The translations under genes and the position numbers were made by a program. Shown here in pieces: positions 29,684 through 39,200 of a stretch of DNA of 64,000 bases (positions within the stretch are counted from its first letter, which is position 1; the number at the start of each line of letters is the position of its first letter). The notes under the pieces are model-generated. The model ran no database searches and was not told the origin of the DNA. It worked only from the letters and a program-made list of their open reading frames with translations. The stretch is from a virus (lineage: Duplodnaviria; Caudoviricetes): the IMG/VR virus record IMGVR_UViG_3300028805_003982; one strand, given 5' to 3'.

Positions 29684-30775
29684 ATGCCACTTGTAACAGA
29701 GGGATACTTGTATAATAGGGATTGTGTTGTAGGAGAAATCCGTAATGATGCTGTCGTTCTTACTAACCTTTCTAAGGCTCCTTTGTTCTTTAAGATTAAC
29801 TCTTCTCTTGTTGATTGGCTGGAAACCAGGGTAATAGACGGTACAAGAAGTCATTCCAGGCTCCTTAAAAGAATGAAAGGTCTTGTAGGCAAATCCGATG
29901 CGGAAGTGGCCTTATCCGTTCATGGAGCCACAGTTACCGACGGATACTGGGTCAGATCTAAAGACGAAGATATTACTTATCGGCAGGTTTGTTTTACTTA
30001 TGACTCTCTTTTTGACGTTGCTGCTTACGGAAATACGTCGGTTACCGACACACAGGCTTCCGTAAATACACCGCAGCTTTCTCTTAACGGTTCTCTGGAA
30101 AAAGGTTGGAAGCTTGAGAACGGTCATTGGTGGATCTATAAGACCGAGGGTAATCGTGCTGCGTTTAACGAATGTTTTTGTGAGAGCGTAAGCCGTTTAA
30201 TGTCTGTTAAATCTGCTTTGTATTATCAGACTGAAGCCGGCGTTAAAAGCTTGAACTTTGCCGAACAACATGATTTTGAAGACTTGACCGGCCTCGTAGG
30301 TGATAACTGGACCGATTATTCTTTGACATATAATCTTATATGCAAGGCTTTCGGCGAGGATGCTGGTGCTCAATACCTGGAACTTATCTATTTTGATGCC
30401 GTTGTTTGTAACGGCGACAGGCATTCGGGTAATTTTGGCGTTTTAAGAGACCGAGATACAGGAGCGTTTATGTCTCTGGCTCCTAATTATGACTATGATC
30501 AGACCCTGTTTGGCGATGTTGATAATGCCCCTGTTATTAAGAAGGACGTTATAGAGGATACATTAATAAGGGATTTTTTGGATTGCGTTGAGGGACTCGG
30601 GATATGCTTTCAGCCGACAGTAATCACCCGTGAACAGCTTGAAAAAGAAACCGAGACTCTGTCCGGATTCCAGTTGTATCCGGCAGCTATAGACTTTGTT
30701 CTCAACAGACAGGAACTTCTTCTGGGCAAGTTAAAGGATGTTTGTGACCGTATCGGTGACGGTCGCCGATTTTAA
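29684..30775 (+). CDS. HipA/CtkA-like Ser/Thr kinase
   Basis: GSLEKGW, NE.F, DA...N.DRH.GNFG and LAP.YD motifs. Confidence 0.8.
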   Translation: MPLVTEGYLYNRDCVVGEIRNDAVVLTNLSKAPLFFKINSSLVDWLETRVIDGTRSHSRLLKRMKGLVGKSDAEVALSVHGATVTDGYWVRSKDEDITYRQVCFTYDSLFDVAAYGNTSVTDTQASVNTPQLSLNGSLEKGWKLENGHWWIYKTEGNRAAFNECFCESVSRLMSVKSALYYQTEAGVKSLNFAEQHDFEDLTGLVGDNWTDYSLTYNLICKAFGEDAGAQYLELIYFDAVVCNGDRHSGNFGVLRDRDTGAFMSLAPNYDYDQTLFGDVDNAPVIKKDVIEDTLIRDFLDCVEGLGICFQPTVITREQLEKETETLSGFQLYPAAIDFVLNRQELLLGKLKDVCDRIGDGRRF

Positions 30776-30818
30776 GAAGCAAAACCGATGTAGATAATAC
30801 AAAGGTATCCGATCATGG

Positions 30819-30881
30819 GGCCTTTTGTATTGTTATAGCGGTCTTGAACAAATGGGTAAATACCGATAGAGGTGTTATAAT
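30819..30881 (+). repeat. 63-bp intergenic repeat copy 1 (terminator tail plus extended -10 promoter)
   Basis: CTTTTGTATTGTTATAGCGGTCTTGAACAA identical in all three copies; ends GGTGTTATAAT. Confidence 0.9.
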
Positions 30882-30917
30882 ACAAATAGATGCGTACCGG
30901 AGGAGGGTTATGTTAAT

Positions 30918-31724
30918 ATGAAAGACTTTTTAGGTGTTGCGCATGACAGTAGACAGTGGAGAGATGTTTCGCCCAGGGCAAATGCGCAAAATCATCTTGT
31001 GTTATACCATGGGTCTGATCATTGTTTGCGCAAGCCTGCCTATAACCATCCTAATGCTCGCGAAGACAACGATTATGGAAAAGGTTTTTACACTACGCAG
31101 GATTTTGACAAAGCTTGCGCGTGGGCGGTTACAATGGGGCACCCGGAGGCTAATGTTGTTAATCGATACCTATTAAATACAGACGGCCTGACGTTTTTTA
31201 ATTTTGCTAACACCGGGATATTGGCATGGTGTGCAGAGATAGTGGCACATCGCGGTGAAAACCTTGAGTCCTTGTCAGAGGGGCCTCAGTTGTTTGTTAA
31301 CAAATATAAAGTAAACACTGAAATGTCGGATGTTATTATCGGGTATCGTGCAGACGACAGTTACATGAGTATTGTTGAAGCATTCTTTGATAATTTGATT
31401 ACCATCGAAGAGATGGAGAGAATGTTTCGTATTGGGGAGCTTGGTGAACAGGTTTTTATCAAGAGTGAAAAGGCTTTTGAAAATCTTATTTTTGACGGAT
31501 ATACAGATCAGATAAACAATGTGGAACAATATCTTTTAGAAGATTCTACTAATCGTTCAAAGGCAGAGACTTGGTTAAAAAAACGCAGGACTCAAATCTT
31601 TTCAGGTTTTTCTCCTCAAGGCATTACGGCATCAATGTGCATTCAGAATAATTATGTGTTTAATACGGAGTATGGTTTTTACGAAATGAAGCCGTTTGAT
31701 ACGCCGGGACGTGATGATATGTGA
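30918..31724 (+). CDS. DUF3990-family protein (predicted ADP-ribosyltransferase-like fold)
   Basis: LYHGS, NDYGKGFYTT, A..WA, GYRADD and LGEQ..IKS.KA motifs. Confidence 0.75.
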   Translation: MKDFLGVAHDSRQWRDVSPRANAQNHLVLYHGSDHCLRKPAYNHPNAREDNDYGKGFYTTQDFDKACAWAVTMGHPEANVVNRYLLNTDGLTFFNFANTGILAWCAEIVAHRGENLESLSEGPQLFVNKYKVNTEMSDVIIGYRADDSYMSIVEAFFDNLITIEEMERMFRIGELGEQVFIKSEKAFENLIFDGYTDQINNVEQYLLEDSTNRSKAETWLKKRRTQIFSGFSPQGITASMCIQNNYVFNTEYGFYEMKPFDTPGRDDM

Positions 31725-31733
31725 GGCATTTTT

Positions 31734-32198
31734 ATGGGACTTAATAACAACAAGTGTAAAAACGCAGCGTATATAAGAGAGTACCTGCCTTATGTGCAGC
31801 AATCTTTTTACTATATGCTTTATTTAGCGGAAGAAGAGAAGCGGTATGATCCTGTTTCAGTTTTACAAGCGTTTATGAAAACTTCCGAAAAGGCTGATTA
31901 TATCAGCCGTGGGAATCCAAGAGGGTTGAATGCTACTGGGAAACAGTTATATAACAGTATCGATTTTACTAAATGTAGGCCCTACGCCAAAGAGCGATCC
32001 TTAGATGTACTTCATTGGCTTGCAAGGGTTTACCCGTATTTTCAGTTTCGTTATGACATCCCTTTTTCAGACATAGCGGATAATATGAGAGCCGACGAAG
32101 TAGTGAAACTTTATAATCCGTTTCACGAAGCCTCAGTGAGTAATGCTTGTGCGAAGTTAAAGGAGCGCTTTTATGGACCCCATAACAGAATTTGTTGA
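31734..32198 (+). CDS. DUF3990-associated partner protein (putative antitoxin)
   Basis: W...V..YFQ......F..I......LY.PFHE pattern of the kind seen next to DUF3990 genes. Confidence 0.5.
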   Translation: MGLNNNKCKNAAYIREYLPYVQQSFYYMLYLAEEEKRYDPVSVLQAFMKTSEKADYISRGNPRGLNATGKQLYNSIDFTKCRPYAKERSLDVLHWLARVYPYFQFRYDIPFSDIADNMRADEVVKLYNPFHEASVSNACAKLKERFYGPHNRIC

Positions 32199-32616
32199 TG
32201 ATTATTTTTTCTTGAGTAATTTTTATGACGCTCCTGTGTGTTACGAAGGCTTGAATTTCTTTAATAACGAAGCTGCTTTTCAGGCGCAAAAAAGCGTTAA
32301 TCCTTCTGACAGATCGCTCTTTTGTGATCTAAACCCATCACAGGCCAAGAAGCTCGGCAGATCCATAAAGCTCCGTAAAGACTGGGAACAGATAAAGTTC
32401 GGGGTAATGTCCGACATTGTCCGTTGCAAGTTTACTCAGAATCCTGACCTTGCAGACAAACTTCTTGCCACAGGCGATGCGTATCTTGAAGAAGGTAATA
32501 CATGGGGAGACAGGGTCTGGGGTACTGTAAACGGATCGGGCCGAAACCTTTTAGGTCAGATCCTGATGACAGTCCGGGAAGAGCTCAGATTATCCCGGGA
32601 ACATGGATTGACTTAA
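32173..32616 (+). CDS. NADAR/YbiA-family ADP-ribosyl hydrolase
   Basis: FLSNFY, EAAFQAQK, AKKLGR, KFTQNPDL, EGNTWGD.VWG and GRNLLG.ILM motifs. Confidence 0.9.
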   Translation: MDPITEFVDDYFFLSNFYDAPVCYEGLNFFNNEAAFQAQKSVNPSDRSLFCDLNPSQAKKLGRSIKLRKDWEQIKFGVMSDIVRCKFTQNPDLADKLLATGDAYLEEGNTWGDRVWGTVNGSGRNLLGQILMTVREELRLSREHGLT

Positions 32617-32655
32617 GTGGTCAATCGAAGCTAAAAAGACCTCAATATTGACGGA

Positions 32656-32718
32656 GGCCTTTTGTATTGTTATAGCGGTCTTGAACAATTGGGTAAAAGT
32701 TAATAGCGGTGTTATAAT
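32656..32718 (+). repeat. 63-bp intergenic repeat copy 2
   Basis: Same core; similarity to copy 3 extends through the RBS (GATTTATACAAGG). Confidence 0.9.
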
Positions 32719-32754
32719 GTAAGGTGTAAAAGATTTATACAAGGGGGGTGTGTT

Positions 32755-32958
32755 ATGAAAACTTCAAAAGTTTTTGTTCCTGATGATGACGAGGCAATGG
32801 AAGCTCGTTTTCAGAAGGCTGTTGAAATTGCAAAAGAGACTTCCAGAGCTAAAGGAAAGCCGGTTGCAGGATACGATGATGAGCGTGGTGAAGCATATAT
32901 GGAATATCCTGATGGCAAGCGTGTTTATTATCCTAATGTTGGGGGAATTGGCGTTTAA
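32755..32958 (+). CDS. Small putative antitoxin of the zeta-like pair
   Basis: 67 aa, stop/start overlap with the P-loop gene; AV......G.P.A.YD....Y.EYPDG pattern. Confidence 0.55.
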   Translation: MKTSKVFVPDDDEAMEARFQKAVEIAKETSRAKGKPVAGYDDERGEAYMEYPDGKRVYYPNVGGIGV

Positions 32959-33575
32959 TGAAAACAAAGGATAAAAAACCTGAAATTGTAGTGTTTGCAG
33001 GCCCTAATGGGTCGGGGAAATCAACAGTAACAGGATTAACTAACGTTTTGGGTGATTATATAAACGCCGATGATATTAAAAGGGTTTTATTTTGTGATGA
33101 CTTAGAAGCAGCACAAATAGCTGAAGGACAACGGGAAGGGTGTATTGCCGCACGAAAGGATTTTACTTTTGAAACAGTTTTATCTACCGATCGCAATTTA
33201 AACTTGTTGAAAAAGGCTAAAAAGGACGGGTACTTTATCCGATGCTTTTATGTGCTAACGAGCGATCCCGCTGTAAACATTTCTCGTGTTGATACAAGGG
33301 TTGAAAATGGCGGACATAAAGTTGAACCAGATAAAATCGTTTCCCGGTATTATAAAGCTTTAGCTCTCTTGCCTGAACTTATCAAAGTGTGTGATGTTAT
33401 TAACGTATATGATAATACTCTTAAGCCTGAGCGTATTTTTAGTAAAAAGAAAGATATTTTTAGATTATGGGAGAACAAATACTGGCCTGCAGATCGAATT
33501 GTTCAATTAACCGGGGTTGTTGATTTTACTGAAAAACATCTTGGCAGTGACGATTCCAAACACCCGGGCAGTTAA
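32958..33575 (+). CDS. Zeta toxin-like P-loop kinase/ATPase
   Basis: AGPNGSGKST Walker A, INADDI, FETVLS and RV..RV..GGH.V motifs. Confidence 0.8.
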   Translation: MKTKDKKPEIVVFAGPNGSGKSTVTGLTNVLGDYINADDIKRVLFCDDLEAAQIAEGQREGCIAARKDFTFETVLSTDRNLNLLKKAKKDGYFIRCFYVLTSDPAVNISRVDTRVENGGHKVEPDKIVSRYYKALALLPELIKVCDVINVYDNTLKPERIFSKKKDIFRLWENKYWPADRIVQLTGVVDFTEKHLGSDDSKHPGS

Positions 33576-33602
33576 TTATCATTTAAAGACCTTCAAAATG
33601 AG

Positions 33603-33665
33603 GGTCTTTTGTATTGTTATAGCGGTCTTGAACAAATGGGTAAAAGTTAATAGCGGTGTTATAAT
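33603..33665 (+). repeat. 63-bp intergenic repeat copy 3
   Basis: Same core as copies 1 and 2. Confidence 0.9.
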
Positions 33666-33700
33666 AAAAGGGTGTGAAGGATTTATACAAGGAGAGCTTT

Positions 33701-34261
33701 ATGTTTGAAGACGCTTTTAATGCCGAAACCTTTGATGTTGATGCCGTATTAGATCAGCTGGAAAAAGAACCTTTGGTTTTAAGGGCTGATCTGGAATCGG
33801 TTAAGTCTACGATTGTCTCTTTAAATGCAATACGTATTGGAGAGGCGGGTCTTAATGCGCACCGACAAGAGTTGTTAAAAAGAGTTCCTGATATTTCTCA
33901 ATATGCGTCTTTTCCCATAAATAGTATTGAGATAATAGATCTTGCTTATTTGTCAGCAGCGACTCAGCATGAGTTTGCTCTGTTCAGAAGCAAAAAAGAA
34001 GATATTTTGTTCCATGGGGATTCAGGCGAATGTAATTTCCCGGAGAACCTTGAATTTTTGTTAGAGAATCATAAATGCCGGTTAGAAGCACATTCCCATC
34101 CGGATTATCCCGACATAATTCCTTCCGCCAGCGATCGTGCGTTATTGCGAAGGATAGGTCAGAAAGAAAGTGTTATTGTATCTTGGTATACCGGGCAGAG
34201 TCTTACGTTCAGTGCCGACATGTTTGAGGATCTTACTAAATCACAAAAGGAGGAGAAATAA
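33701..34261 (+). CDS. JAB/MPN (JAMM) motif protein
   Basis: HEFAL...HSHP......PS.SD JAMM signature; start revised to ATG 33701 (GGAG RBS). Confidence 0.6.
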   Translation: MFEDAFNAETFDVDAVLDQLEKEPLVLRADLESVKSTIVSLNAIRIGEAGLNAHRQELLKRVPDISQYASFPINSIEIIDLAYLSAATQHEFALFRSKKEDILFHGDSGECNFPENLEFLLENHKCRLEAHSHPDYPDIIPSASDRALLRRIGQKESVIVSWYTGQSLTFSADMFEDLTKSQKEEK

Positions 34262-34262
34262 A

Positions 34263-34538
34263 ATGGATCTTTCAAAAATAGGTTTTAAAGCACTTGTTTC
34301 CCTTTTTGATTCTACTTTTATTAACACATATAAAGACTGTGCATGTTACGCATATGGGGAAGATCTGGAAGGGAATTTATTCTGTTTTTTAGGCTTTGAC
34401 TTGGTTCCGTTTAATGCGGGAAAACTTGTGCTCAAAAACTCGTATTTGTCTGATTGGACTTATTATGCTAAATGTGTTGTTTTGTCTGACGGGCAGGTAA
34501 TCGTTAAGGAAAGCAAACTTCCGGTATCTAAACCATAA
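34263..34538 (+). CDS. Small hypothetical protein (possible immunity/partner protein)
   Basis: AGGAG RBS before ATG 34263. Confidence 0.5.
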   Translation: MDLSKIGFKALVSLFDSTFINTYKDCACYAYGEDLEGNLFCFLGFDLVPFNAGKLVLKNSYLSDWTYYAKCVVLSDGQVIVKESKLPVSKP

Positions 34539-34548
34539 GGAGCGTTAA

Positions 34549-35673
34549 ATGTACCAGATCTTCTATAAGAACATTCCGGTCTTCGAAATCGATACGGAAT
34601 CCGTTAAGGGATCTGTAAACATATTCAATAATAAATATCTTCCGTTTTCTCTTGGGATTAAGGAGTCCGACGATTTTGACGATCATTTTAACAATCTGAT
34701 CAACTTTAACGCCTGGTGCTCCAAAAGAGTTCTCCCGCTTGATCGTGAATATGCTAAAGAAATACTTAATTATTACGGCTACTCCCAAGGGTTTACCGAT
34801 GCAGAGCGTTCAAAGATCGCCATTGAGTGCCGCTGCTTATCATTGAATGATTGCTTTTGGCTTAAAGCGTCCGATGAAAGGATAGCATGGGAGGATGTCA
34901 ATCTCTTCAAGAACAGTTTGAAGGACGCGGTATTTGAGGTCGCACTTTTCGGGACTACGCCTACGATGACCAGCAAGGAGCTTGCAACGTCAGATCTTAC
35001 GACCGACGGAAAGGCCCCCAAAGCATGGCAGCGCCTGGGGGATGAGTTTTATCTGTTAAAGGGCGATAAAAACGACTCCGTTAATAAAGAGACCGAGGCT
35101 TCTCAAATTCTTGATAAGTTAGGCTTCAGACCGGTTGTTTATACTAAAGAGACTTTTGACGGCCGCCCCGTATCCAAGAGCCGTTGCTTTACCGATGACA
35201 GGACTAATCTGGTTAAGGCCGAGTGGTTTAATATCTGGTGTATGAACCATGATCTGTCAATTAGTGATTTTATAGAGAGCTTCAGGACTCGGTTTGACTT
35301 AATGAACCTTGCCGACTATTTGGTCGGCAACAGTGACGGGCATTCCCTCAACTGGGGTTTTCTGTACGATAATGATTTTAATATATTGGCGTTAAATCCT
35401 TTGATGGACCTGGATCATGCCTTTGAGAGCACTCCGGCTTCGCCGTGTCTACCGATGAGGTTTTTGGGTAATAATATGACTCAACTGGGAGCAGCCGTAG
35501 ATGTTTTGACAAGGCATCCCGAGTGGCTTTCCGGTGAGATAGATCTGTCTGAATACAAGTATGGTGCATTTACAGAAGAACGCATCAGTTTGCTTCAGAA
35601 AGAACTGGGAACAGACTTAAATATCCGTATAACCGGTGCGGATGATCTTTCAAGTGATGATCCGGGGTTGTGA
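34549..35673 (+). CDS. HipA/CtkA-like kinase
   Basis: DG.APKAW, L.K, KE..AS.I, DYLVGN.DGH..NWG and PLMD.D motifs. Confidence 0.75.
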   Translation: MYQIFYKNIPVFEIDTESVKGSVNIFNNKYLPFSLGIKESDDFDDHFNNLINFNAWCSKRVLPLDREYAKEILNYYGYSQGFTDAERSKIAIECRCLSLNDCFWLKASDERIAWEDVNLFKNSLKDAVFEVALFGTTPTMTSKELATSDLTTDGKAPKAWQRLGDEFYLLKGDKNDSVNKETEASQILDKLGFRPVVYTKETFDGRPVSKSRCFTDDRTNLVKAEWFNIWCMNHDLSISDFIESFRTRFDLMNLADYLVGNSDGHSLNWGFLYDNDFNILALNPLMDLDHAFESTPASPCLPMRFLGNNMTQLGAAVDVLTRHPEWLSGEIDLSEYKYGAFTEERISLLQKELGTDLNIRITGADDLSSDDPGL

Positions 35674-35917
35674 TACCTTCAGGAAAGAAATTAAAATTTT
35701 CTTTTTCAAATCATTTCCGTTATTTCCGCTTTACTGCGAGAAACCCGTTTTCGGGTGAAGTAGAATTAAACTGTCGATAAGTGTAAGAGACCTCCTGCCG
35801 AAGCGGGTGGGGAGAACACCCCAGACAATACAGTGCAATACATAATAATACAGACTGTCAAAGCACAGGACAGTATCATACGCTATGACAAAAACGTGAT
35901 ATTTTTTGATAAAGGTG

Positions 35918-35966
35918 CCGTATTTTCCTAGAGAAAGACGCTTTTCTTGTTTTTCGCTGTTATAGT
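35918..35966 (+). promoter_or_regulatory. Promoter with upstream CCGTRTTTTCCTA motif (copy A)
   Basis: CCGTATTTTCCTAGAGAAAGA starts 43 nt before the TGT-TATAGT -10. Confidence 0.65.
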
Positions 35967-36004
35967 ATAAAATAGCGTTTTAGGACGTGAGGCAGGATTA
36001 TCAG

Positions 36005-36036
36005 AGGATCTCGAAGTTTCGGGGTCCTTTTGTTTT
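36005..36036 (+). terminator. Leader terminator-like hairpin 1
   Basis: AGGATCTCGAA/TTCGGGGTCCT followed by TTTGTTTT. Confidence 0.65.
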
Positions 36037-36156
36037 GCTTGAACAATTAGAGATTACACACAGAAAGGAAGGATATTGATCATGTTACACCGGATAAGAG
36101 ACGGCCCAAGCGTGGCAGAACCAGTTAATTTTTACTGACACCCAATAAGACTAAAG

Positions 36157-36189
36157 AAGAAACGCCGGTCTAGAGGGTGTTTCTTTTTT
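36157..36189 (+). terminator. Leader terminator-like hairpin 2
   Basis: AAGAAACGCC/GGTGTTTCTT followed by T-run, about 45 nt before the adhesin start. Confidence 0.6.
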
Positions 36190-36233
36190 AATACCCGCAC
36201 AGCGGAAAATAAATCTAAAGGAGAAAAATCATT

Positions 36234-39200
36234 ATGAGTAAGAACTCAAAGAAAAAGTTTGTCAGCACGATGCTTGCTGCAAGCATGATCTTCTCCTCAA
36301 TACCTTTTACGGCATTGGCAGATGATGCTATCTCCGGCGGCGATAATGACGATGTTGTTATCGAGTCGCAGGTAGCAGAAGAGCCTGCCGTAACAGAACA
36401 GACTTTTGAGCCCGAGCCGATCCAGGCCGAGGAACCCGTTGAAGACAAGAACGTCGATAAGGTTCCCGAGGATGACGCGGAGCCTTCAGAAGTTGTTTCT
36501 GATGTTGAGGAAGAACCGCCCATCGAGGCAGAAGAAGGTAATGATGAGGAAACACCAGCTGCAACGGACACAGAAGTTGTAACAGAACCTACAGAGACTG
36601 CGGATAATCCGGCGGCTTCTGAGCCTGATACAACTAAGACTGCCGAAACTGAAGCAGCTTCTGAAAATGTTGTATTTGATCATTACTTTACAACTATTGA
36701 TACTTCACTTGTAAAGACAAAGGATCTTTTGGTTCAGACATCAGACCCTTCTGTATTCACATACAATACAAATGTTGTATCTAACTATGATGACGTATAT
36801 GTTATTTCTTGCGATTCTCTTAAAGAAGCAAGGTACGTGTTCTCTTATTATGTGGATAAGGTAAATAATATAACAGATATGTCGAATGTGTTTACTATCG
36901 CTTCAGAGTCGGATGATACTGCAGATCTGTCAGATCTTAATAATGGTACAGATGCAATTGCTGCTCTGAACGATATCAACGCAACAAATCACAGCGGTTA
37001 TATTGCTCTGATCGATACGGGTGCGAATGCAAACATCAATTATTCCGTAGTTGGTGATGATGTTTCTGATTCTAACGGTCATGGTACGGCAATGCTGAAC
37101 TATATCCGTGAAGAAAACCCTGCTGCAAGAGTGATCTCTATCAAGGTCTTTGATGGTAATAAGACAAATGCAGCAAACGTTTATGCAGGAATCAAACTTG
37201 CTATTGAATCTAAGGTTTCTATTATCAATCTGTCATTCGTAGGACCCGATGTAGAAAATAATGCCATCGTTAAGTCTGCTATTCAGGAAGCTTTGGATAA
37301 CAACATTAAAGTTGTTGGTGCGGCAGGTAATAACAATGGTAATGCCAAGAAGTATATTCCGGGTTGTGTTGAAGACGCTATCGTCGTAGGCGCAGTTAAC
37401 TCTGACGGCACAAAGTTCAGTTCTTCCAACTATAATGCTGATCTTTATGTTGTAGCTACTTCTTCGTCTGAAGCGGCAGCCAGATATACCGGTATGCTTT
37501 CAGGCAACTCTACAAACAACGACCGAGTATTTTCTACTCTGACATCTGGAGAAGTTCAGGATGCAGTAGCAGATACCGAGGGTGGCCGTGTTTTCTATGC
37601 TACATCTGACGATGATATTGATTGGAATAATCTTAAAGCCGGTGATGTAGTTTATCTGCCAGATTGTTATTATGTGATTAATGCGGTCAATGCGGACGGC
37701 ACTGTTGTTTTTATGCCTTATGCTCTTGACTATGACGAAGATAGTTTTGAATTGACCGCTCGTCACTATGGCGATCAGACAAAAACATCTTCCGCAAAGA
37801 CCATTACTCCCGGACAATCAGGTACTGATACAGGCACGGGGCATATCGGTTATAATGCGCATGGCTATGATAGTGTTACAAATCTTAAGTCGAACTCTTC
37901 CAGTAAGTACAAGCTGACAGACTGGTTCTCCAGTCTCGGTGCGGATTGTGAGTCCTTGTGGTTTGGGGATAGCGATTCTTCAAGACATGCTAAGTGCTTA
38001 TCTAATACAGATGTTAAGTATTCTGCTTCTTGGAAAACATACACAAACTCTAACGGTCTGCCTGAAATTAAGTTTACTGTCAGATTTACTGCCTCCAATG
38101 ATAATTTTAGTGCTAGAAATTGGGTTCACCATAAAATAACCTGGAAAGTTACCAAAGAACACTTAGGCAATAATGTTTATCAGTGGGATGCCTATATTTA
38201 TGATAACGGTACTCAAAAGTGGCACAAAGATTGGAGCGCGTACGACTCCACAAGTATCAATGATACGATCTGTTCGAGTATAAAAAGTTCCATCGCTTCA
38301 TACAAGGCTATCGGGGGTGATTGGACAGGTTATAAGTCTGTAAGCAGTGTATCAGTTCCGTCGGCAAAGACTATCGGTGATGCCACTACTACCAAGCCTG
38401 CTACCGGTACTTACCAGACTTATTATAAGTGCACCAATCCTATGCAGATCTATCGTGGTGTTGGGATTGTTAATATGCCTGGTCTTATGCTGTTCATGCA
38501 GAAGACGGCACCTTCATCAGATTATTCTGTATTAACAGACGATAGCACCTGCTATAGCTTTAAGGGTACTCAGTACAAGTTGTATACGGGATATGATTCA
38601 CATGAGGACAAGGCTACAGGAACCGTTCTTAAGACATTTACTCTTGATGCCCAGGGTCTCTCAGATGATCATTATACAGTTACGGAGTTCCCTTCCACCT
38701 TCTATATACAGGAGACTACAGCAGGTAAGGGGTTCTCGATCGATACACATGTCTATAAGGTGTATGTGCCCTCTGTTACCGGCTCTGTAGTTGTTACCGA
38801 TATGACTACTGAAGATCCTGATGACGTATGGCGTTATCCTTCTGACGGTACTTTAGTTCGTATGAAGTTTAAGGACTATCCGGTTACCGACCCTCTGGCT
38901 TTTGAGCTTAGAAAGATCAATGAGCAGGGGCAGATAACTGATGCTACGCTTTCAGATACAGAGTTTACTCTGGAATATTATGCACAGAACATCGCCTGGG
39001 ATAATAAGATTTCTGATTACGAGCCTACTGTCGTATATCATTTTACCCGCGCAGCTGGTGATAATTCACAGCTTAAACTTTCTGACTTTATGAATCTGCC
39101 GCCTGTCGGTGGTACAAACGGTGAGTATCTGCACGATCTTTATGAGGCAGATGTTTTGGATAATGAATATCAGTGGCCTCTCGGTACATATCTGATTTAC

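Noticed and set aside
29512-29715. 67-aa ORF between the XRE gene and the kinase
   Set aside because: It runs across the kinase promoter and RBS, has no homology cue, and is probably spurious
30819-33665. The 63-bp repeat as a CRISPR repeat, integron attC site or LexA (SOS) box
   Set aside because: The 'spacers' are whole operons of 0.9-1.8 kb; there is no attC-like palindrome or integrase; GAAC is not followed by N4-GTTC
35700-35900. GC-rich hairpins (CCTCCTGCCGAAGCGGGTGGGG, ACTGTC/GACAGT) as an oriT or sRNA
   Set aside because: No recognisable nic site or RNA-family motif; too little support
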